In this document: positions 56,886-64,000 of the stretch, piece after piece
Layout of the letters: every line of letters starts with the position of its first letter
How positions within the stretch are numbered: position 1 is the stretch's first letter
Position numbers and translations under genes: made by a program
The notes under the pieces: generated by a model
What the model was told of the DNA's origin: nothing
Database searches by the model: none
Seen by the model: only the letters and a program-made list of their open reading frames with translations
DNA from: Desulfatiglandales bacterium
Lineage (GTDB): Bacteria > Desulfobacterota > DSM-4660 > Desulfatiglandales > HGW-15
Length of the DNA stretch: 64,000 nt
Direction of reading: 5' to 3'
NCBI GenBank assembly: GCA_963667015.2
Contig: CAXXJJ010000001.1
Span: 1 to 64,000 of the forward strand

Positions 56886-59800
56886 CTATGCTGGTTTAAT
56901 ATCCATTCGCCTGCGGTCTCTTTTTTTGAGTTCAGGCAAATCCGGCGATAGATACAGCGCCGGTAAAAAGTGCCCCACTTCACGCAGGGCATCCAGATCA
57001 ACGGTTCGTATTTTCATCAGGTCCATGGTATCAAGGACCGTTTCGAATAAATCAGATATGCGCCAATTGTCTTTTTTCTCGACATGCCAATGGCTCGGTA
57101 CAGCCAGCAGCATTGTCTGGGGTGCCTGTGAATTTGGCTGGTCATAATTAAAAGTGAGACCTGTAACCACTTCATTGTTTGGAATTCTTTCTTCCCACTG
57201 ATCAATCAAGATACCGCCGATATGCTTTTCAGGGTTTAACGAATCTGGGGCATGGATCACAATGGAGAGATATCCTTCCGGCGGATCTTTAAAATCCTGT
57301 TCCTCGTCCTGGTTATTCGAAATCTCATCTTTTGAGAGGGCAATCCAGTTATCATTCTCCCTGTATGGGAGTTGGGTTACATGAAGCGTCAGGGGCTGAT
57401 TTATAGAAAAAAGAATATCTGCTCCCTGGTCGCTGGCCATTACCTGGTTGACAGGATTGCTCCTCCAGGCATCCGCCATCATCGCTGCTGTTTCAAAACG
57501 CCTTAATGAGGGATGGGTCTCCGCTGCCTGCTGCAGCCACAGCCAGATTCTGTCGGAATTTGACGTGCCAGTTATGTCGGCATTAAATGCTTTTAAAAAT
57601 TCATCATTGTTTGGTATCTTAAACGTGGGCAAAACGGAAAAGGAACCGCCGAATATTTCTTTCATAGCTTCGCATAATTTTTGTATCCCTCGATCAAAAT
57701 CGAAATCTTTATACGGTTTGTCATCCTCAGGATCATCAGGTGGAACAGTCAGAGTTTCAAGTATATTTTCGGTCTTTTTTTCCTGTTTAATTACCTCTGT
57801 GAGAGTATTTTTGACACGGTTTTCAAGTAATGCATCTCCTATGGAAGAGGCAGGAATAGTCCCCTGTATGCCAAATTTATTTGCTCGATCCAGGGCATCA
57901 CACATAAGCCCAGGGGTAGCTGCATCGATCAAATCTTGTTTGACGGAATTGGTTGATCCATAGAGGCTGTTTTTTGCAGCACTCACACGTTGCCACATTT
58001 TCTCATAGTCTTCTTGAATAAAAACTCCTGTAAGAGTTGGCTCTTCCTCGGTAACATCCTCTCCGGTCCCCGCCTCCTCGGGAAGGCAAAGCATGGAAGG
58101 ATGCATATAAGTTGCATTTCCGATAATATCAAGCAGGCTGTGTGCAACCTCAAAGGATTCTGAAATTCTTCGAGGCAACTCCGATGCCGGTTCAATGCTT
58201 TGATTATCGATATAATCCAGATCGAGTTCCACTGCTACGTCTGCGCTCAGAGATTTATCCTGCCGAACCCTGTAGCGTATGAGCTGCTCAACTTAAGACT
58301 CTTCTCCACTTGGCGGAGTAGTTGCCATGTAAATAAAATCCAGAGGCGAGATACCGAGATCTCCAAGGCTGGTAACTACCTCCTGCGGTTCTAATCCAGA
58401 TAATTGTATTTTTGCCATGCATTTAATATCGGACAGGTTCCCGAGTACTCTTGAAGCCCAATCATTCAATAAAGGTTCGGCTTTTTCCCTTGAATCGATT
58501 ATTGACGGAACTGCCAGATCATTAAAAAGAACACTCATTCTGTGGCTATGGCTTATACAGCTTTGCGGTGTGCGCATACTCTGGATTTCCGGGATAGGGC
58601 CAGCGCCTGCAGCGGCATCGTGTATAGCGGCCATATGCTCATATTTACCCTGGGCTCCCTGGAACACTGATTCTGCAAAAAAGAGGTCATTCACGGCATC
58701 CAGGGCATTTACTAAAAGATCGAGCTCTGTTTCAAGATCGGGAACTAATTGAAGGTCCGACAATTGATCCGAAAGGGCTGCAAGCGTGCGGGAATCCTCA
58801 TTAAGTTCACGCCATTTGGAAGCAAGTTTAAGACCGTCGACAACGTCTCTTGCAGCGACATTTTCTGCAGATTCTCCATCAGCAAGCTCTGTTTCCTTTC
58901 CGGCCTGAATGGGAAAGGCCTTTCGAAACTCGTCCTTGCAGGAATCCAACCCGTGTTCATGAAGTCCCCGTTCGAACTGATACCCAAGCAAAGCACCCAG
59001 CATCTGTCCCTCGCGAACACCATTGATCAGTCTCAGGGCCAAACTGATGCGCTCAGAGGTTAAATTCAATTTTGCGGCTGCGGGAACTCCTTCTTCTGTA
59101 TAGGAGAGATAGGCGCTTCTTAACACGGCAGCAGCATTGGCCTGCGCAATGGAGGGAGCATGGATATACCCTCCTTCTGACACCAAAGCTCGGGAATTTT
59201 CTGACTGTATACTTGGCGGCAATCTGCCGGAAGATATGGCTTTGCTTTTAATTTCGGAGCCCTCTATTTTTTCTGTTTTAATCGGAACTTTGTCCAAAGC
59301 CCTGGATAGAATCGATGTTGTTTCCGCTTCACGTACCGACCGGTCTGAATCCGAAAGACGAGGGCGAAGATCCTCAACCCAGCCAAAGGCACCTATATAG
59401 AGACCTCTCTCACATTTATTATCCGCCTGGCGCATTGCTGCGAGACGCCGGGTAGACAGTGATGTTATATAGGCATCGAGTCGATGGGAGGACAGATCAA
59501 GACAATCGCGACAGAGCCTATGCGCTATTTCGTTATTATCTAATTTGTTAAGCGCATCAAGAGCATTATTGATTCTATCTATTTCTATATCCGCACGTAG
59601 GTATTCTGCAAGCCTCTTTCCCTGCGATATCAAGGCTGGGAAAATCCCTGCATCGTCGGAAGTTATTTCATCACTTTCTGACGATGAAACAAGTAAAGGC
59701 GCAGATGAAGTTGTAAGGAGCCATTGTATCAAACGGAGCAACATCGGCTTTGGTTTATTAATGTCTGGATTGGCTTCAATATTTGTAATTTCGTGCAGTA

Positions 59801-61604
59801 GAGCTGCATTTTCCTCAAGACCTTCCTGCCATACAGATTTCAGTTCTTCAATCCATGAATAGGCGGTCATATTCAAAATATCAAAAACGCTTTCCTGACC
59901 GAAAAAGAAAGGGGAAGAGAACCAGGCAAGCTGTTCCAGAAACTCATCAATAACAGCAAGTCGCAGGCCATGGGTTATGGCATTTGGCTCCATTGCCAGA
60001 ATTCGCAACAATTCCTGATCCGGATCATTTGTTTTGCCGGCACGTGGAACGGCTTCAGGGTCAGCAGCATATCCTTGGAATTTTGTATATAATTTTTTCA
60101 GAATACTTAAGATATAATCATCTATTCTGAGAAGTTTTTTACCTTCAGCAGGATCTTTTCCCAATGCAATCCAATCGGAAGAGGAACATTCCCATTTTGG
60201 GAATGTTGAAACCGGAAGTATACCATAGGGAAGATTACCGATACGAAGAGCAGAAAAAGGCCCCCTTGGGCGAACAAAATTGACATAATGTTCACGGAAT
60301 TGTGAAGCTTCTTTTAATGGTGACTGTCCTAAAGCCATGAGATAATCACCCCAGGTTCCGAACCATAATGTTTCCAGCATCTCAAGGGTATAGGAGTTCT
60401 CTTCGTTCCCGGCATTTTCAATATTCTTAAATATCGAATCTTTCTCCTTGTTATCAATACCCAGTGCCTTTGTCAGACAGAATGCATCACCCCTTTCTTT
60501 CTCTTTTGTATATTGTTCCTCGGTCTCTATACTATAAGAGTGATCCAGATCTCGCTTTGTTTTTGAGTGTCCTGCAGGGGTCTCGCAGGTGTTATTTGTG
60601 GGAGTCTTATATTTAAGAAATGAAATACCATCTGCGTAATGATGTGAGTTAATAAGTTCTTCAACCAGTTCAGCACCGCGTTCGGGATCAGCACTTGTTT
60701 TTACTCCTATTGCAATGACTTTTGAGAATCCATTGTTCAGATCTTCCTGGCTTAAATGATTTAATTTAACTTCAACAGCCATTCCATTTTTTAATGCTGA
60801 TTTAAAATCAACGACCCAGCGTGAAGCCTCGTCAAAAAGTTCATCGCCGGTTTTTTTTGTGGAAATATCCCAGAGCACCGGCAGTTCATCCGGAATTTGT
60901 TCTCCTGATCCTTCAGCAACGCATTCTTCACCTTGATATAGACGTACTATGAAGTAATCAGGCATCACACGTACTTTTGGTGTTTCAGGAGATGAAGCAG
61001 ATAAGTTTTCCCGATTATTATGTATCCAGGCTGCACGGGTTGGGCCGACTTCACCTGCGAGTGCAATCCATGCTTTTCGTAATTTTTCTATCTTCTCTTC
61101 TGTAGGAAGATCATCAGGTACTTTTAAGCGTTCAATATATAAATTCTTAGCGTCAGTTTCATCTTCTTGAAGCCCCGGACTATGGCTGTCTATGCTAATT
61201 TGATCCGGGTATATCCGCACACATAATTTTCTACTTCCCGGGTCACCCATAAACCGGGTTTCAAGACGTACAGGAAATAAAAGAATGGGGTAACGATCGG
61301 AAAGTTGAGGATGTGATTTTTCAATAGAAGGTTCCAATCCTTCGAGCTGCTTGCGTAATTGCTTAATGCTCTTATCAAGTTTTTTAAGTTCATTGAGTTT
61401 ATTTTCACGCTCGGAATAAAGCTCTTCAAGATGTTTTAAGGATTCTTCAGCATCCGCTTTTAGAAAGCCTGATCGACGCATGTTTTCTATTTTATTTTCA
61501 AGTAAACGGATCTCTGCGTATAATTCCTTAATTTCACTTTCAAGCGTTCGTTTAGCTTGTAATGCTTCCGAATATGCCTTATAGATTTCTTCAGATTTCT
61601 CCAT
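56886..61604 (-). pseudogene. ~1572-codon uncharacterised gene (DUF6603-cassette member) with one in-frame TAA at 58293-58295
   Basis: ORFs 58293-61604 and 56886-58232 share a frame (GEES*VEQLIRY...); motifs FPVRLETRF, SHRLDAY, GGYIHAPS, LLGYQFERGLH, PNSQAPQTMLLAVP. Confidence 0.75.
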
Positions 61605-61718
61605 ATGTCGTTATACCTTTGCCATCTTCTATTCTATTATTTGAACAGGGGCTAACACATGATTCTAATTTATTATGGTGCAATAAATCCATTCTCTTTT
61701 GTTAAAAATATTAACATG

Positions 61719-62000
61719 TTATGCTGGAAAGGGTGCGGTGGTGTGCTCTTGTGTTGATATAGATATAGCACCATGCTTTTTTTCATACTGATCAATTGTC
61801 TTTTGAAGAAGCTCTAAAAATGCCTTAGCATCTTCCGAACTGGTGATGATCCTGGTGTGAATATGCTCTTTTTCTTCATCCATGAAAGACTGTTCAAAAT
61901 CCAGCACGAACACGGATGATCGATAACCAACACGGAAACGATCAGCGTAACGTCCTTCGGGCTCTGCTGCCGGATTAGTTTTTGAGTCCTCCATATTCAT
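61719..62000 (-). CDS. DUF3467-like small protein (copy 2)
   Basis: EGRYADRFRVG...FVLDFEQ...TRIITSSEDAKAFLELL; paralogue of 45912-46157. Confidence 0.75.
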   Translation of the reverse strand: MNMEDSKTNPAAEPEGRYADRFRVGYRSSVFVLDFEQSFMDEEKEHIHTRIITSSEDAKAFLELLQKTIDQYEKKHGAISISTQEHTTAPFPA

Positions 62001-62544
62001 CCAGTCCTTTTAGTTGTTTTCTACTACTTCAGCAAAAGAGGTGCCATGGCAGGATTCAGGGATGGATTAGTTTGTAACTGTGTGATATTGCGGTTGATAT
62101 GCGGTACTTTTTATTTAGGAAGGCTGTTTTTAGCACTGAAGATATAATGAAGCAAATGAACACATTTAACATTTTCAGGCGGGAAGATTTAAAAAATGAA
62201 GATTAATAAATATCTTCAGGAAAGGAATAAACCTAAATAAAACAACCATTTTTATATTCCGGATGTTTTGTATATGAAGGGATTTAAAGTGTAACTCATT
62301 AAGTGTACAGTATGATATTACAATAACACATTATCTTTCAGGGCTTCTGCTTTCTACAACATTGTACTCGAATATTTTTCTGTAAAGCGTTGTCCTGCTC
62401 CAGTTCAGCTTTTCTGCAGCTTTGCTTTTATTCCAGCTTGTTTCAAGCAGGGCAGATACCAGGCGTTTCCGTTCATCCTTTGATACTTTCTCCGATATGT
62501 CGAGGCGCTGTTTCAGTTGTTTAGGCAGGTCCATAAAATTAACA
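61764..62544. repeat. Direct repeat copy 2
   Basis: Aligns to 45921-46703 with offset ~15841. Confidence 0.92.
62031..62046 (-). promoter_or_regulatory. Sigma54 (-24/-12) promoter upstream of the DUF6603 cassette
   Basis: TGGCACCTCTTTTGCT, identical to 46190-46205. Confidence 0.85.
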
Positions 62545-63683
62545 TGGCATGAAGGAAGGTGAATAAAAGCTGCTTCTATCAGGTTCATCAGTTCGCGGAC
62601 ATTCCCCGGCCAGTCATAGCGGAAAAGTATATTCTGTGCATCATCGGTCAATCCTTTAACGTTTCGCCCGAAACGGGAATTCATTTTTGAGATCGCATGG
62701 GAGATCAAAAGGGAAATATCTTCTTTTCTTTCACGTAATGGCGGCATGTGAACCCTTGCAACGTTAAGGCGATAATAGAGATCTTCACGAAACTTACCTT
62801 CTGCCATGATTTCTTCCGGATCTTTGTTGGTTGCGGCCATTATCCTTATATTAAGTGGGACAATTTTTGTTGATCCTAATGGATATATTTCTCTTGTTTC
62901 AATACATCGTAGAATCTTGGCCTGGGCATAATGGCCCATATCGCCTATTTCATCAAGGAATATGCTGCCTCCCTGAGCCATCACAAATTTGCCGGGTTTG
63001 CTTGAGATTGCCCCGGTAAACGCCCCGCGGTCATAACCAAATAATTCACTTTCAATAAGGTTCTCCGGCAACGCCGCGCAGTTAACACAGATAAAAGGTT
63101 TTTTATTTCGGGAGCTGTTATTATGTATCGATTTCGCCACAAGTTCTTTGCCTGTTCCGGATTCGCCTGTTATTAGAACCGGGCTGTCTGTCTTTGCAAT
63201 TTTAATAAGGTATTCTTTGAGTTCCTGCATGCATGAGCTGTTACTCACCATGGATTTGTTTTCAATCTGCGATTCAATTTCAGGGTCTGTATCTGATTTT
63301 TGATTCCCTGAATTAGCTGCAGACGCATAATAATTTATACTCTTCAGAAAAGCCTCATTGGAAAAAGGAATTTTAAAATAGTCATTTATTCCCGCTTTTA
63401 TGGCGGCAATCGCTAAATCCTCCGAACTGTATCTGGCTATGAGGATAATTGGAATATGTATTCCGCATCTTCTGATTTCTTTTGCCGCTGCAAGGGCATC
63501 ATCCGCCTCTTTGTGATTTAAACAGCTGATAATTATGTCAACCTGACTGTTTTGTATTGACCTTATAATGCTGTCGGTTTCGTGAATTTCAAAAACAGTA
63601 AAGGAGCCGTAAAGCAGATTTTCTATCCTTGTAGTATTTAGAATATCCCTGCTCCCGGTAATCAGGATTCTTGTATTATTCAT
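62331..63683 (-). CDS. Sigma54-dependent transcriptional activator (NtrC family; REC-like, AAA+, Fis HTH)
   Basis: GESGTGKE, ESELFG, GAFTGA, FLDEIG, FREDLYYRL, WPGNVREL, C-terminal HTH. Confidence 0.95.
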   Translation of the reverse strand: MNNTRILITGSRDILNTTRIENLLYGSFTVFEIHETDSIIRSIQNSQVDIIISCLNHKEADDALAAAKEIRRCGIHIPIILIARYSSEDLAIAAIKAGINDYFKIPFSNEAFLKSINYYASAANSGNQKSDTDPEIESQIENKSMVSNSSCMQELKEYLIKIAKTDSPVLITGESGTGKELVAKSIHNNSSRNKKPFICVNCAALPENLIESELFGYDRGAFTGAISSKPGKFVMAQGGSIFLDEIGDMGHYAQAKILRCIETREIYPLGSTKIVPLNIRIMAATNKDPEEIMAEGKFREDLYYRLNVARVHMPPLRERKEDISLLISHAISKMNSRFGRNVKGLTDDAQNILFRYDWPGNVRELMNLIEAAFIHLPSCHVNFMDLPKQLKQRLDISEKVSKDERKRLVSALLETSWNKSKAAEKLNWSRTTLYRKIFEYNVVESRSPER

Positions 63684-64000
63684 AATTGGCTCCCCGTTTG
63701 ATAATTAATACATTACCGAAACAGGATTTTTATTTCGGTAATTAATCAAACAATGGTTATAAAAGCATTTCTGGGAAAAAATATTGTTTGTATCAGATGA
63801 TTATAGAGAAAAATAACTGTGCGTTTAGGGTCACATGCTTCTATTCGTTGATAGTAATGCCGTTAGCGGCTGATTTTTTCGGTAGATACAACAACAGGAA
63901 TACAACGGCTATTCAAGATTTTGTTCAATTAGTAAAGAGGATTAGCTCGAAAACATTCATTTTAATAGGAGTTTTATATAGAGCATGATTATATGCACCG

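Noticed and set aside
58293..58295. Recoding (Sec/Pyl) of the stop in the large cassette gene
   Set aside because: The codon is TAA, which is not recoded to Sec or Pyl; nonsense mutation or sequencing error is more likely
63788..63988. 66-aa plus-strand ORF
   Set aside because: TTG start, no recognisable motif, AT-rich upstream region of the regulator; probably non-coding
1..64000. CRISPR arrays, tRNA or rRNA genes
   Set aside because: No regularly spaced short repeats or recognisable RNA gene sequences seen by eye; a covariance search was not possible

Overview
Bacterial accessory region; the protein families and gene styles suggest a Desulfobacterota-like anaerobe, which is an inference. 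The left ~10 kb is mobile-element rich. It holds a RIT (three tyrosine recombinases) element with two accessory genes, a RelE-like toxin-antitoxin pair, a Y1/HUH transposase bounded by 29-bp inverted repeats, an alkaline phosphatase, and an EEP-family nuclease split by an IS630. From ~63.7 kb down to ~10.2 kb every gene is on the minus strand and forms one large locus. An NtrC-like sigma54 activator with a degenerate receiver domain precedes a sigma54 promoter, a DUF3467 gene and a ~15-kb cassette of giant uncharacterised proteins (including a DUF6603-like protein and a DUF1906-like hydrolase). A second copy of the regulator-end/sigma54-promoter/DUF3467 module then precedes a near-complete extracellular contractile injection system (eCIS, Afp/PVC-like). 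The eCIS has a cap, two sheaths, two tubes, a split spike, baseplate genes, three fibre-anchor paralogues, a tape measure and an AAA ATPase, but no PAAR gene was seen. It is followed by DUF4157/QR-leader cargo candidates and an amidohydrolase-S41 peptidase fusion. Two genes carry single in-frame stops: a TGA at a Cys-like position (possible selenocysteine) and a TAA. All family calls come from motif recognition, not database searches.
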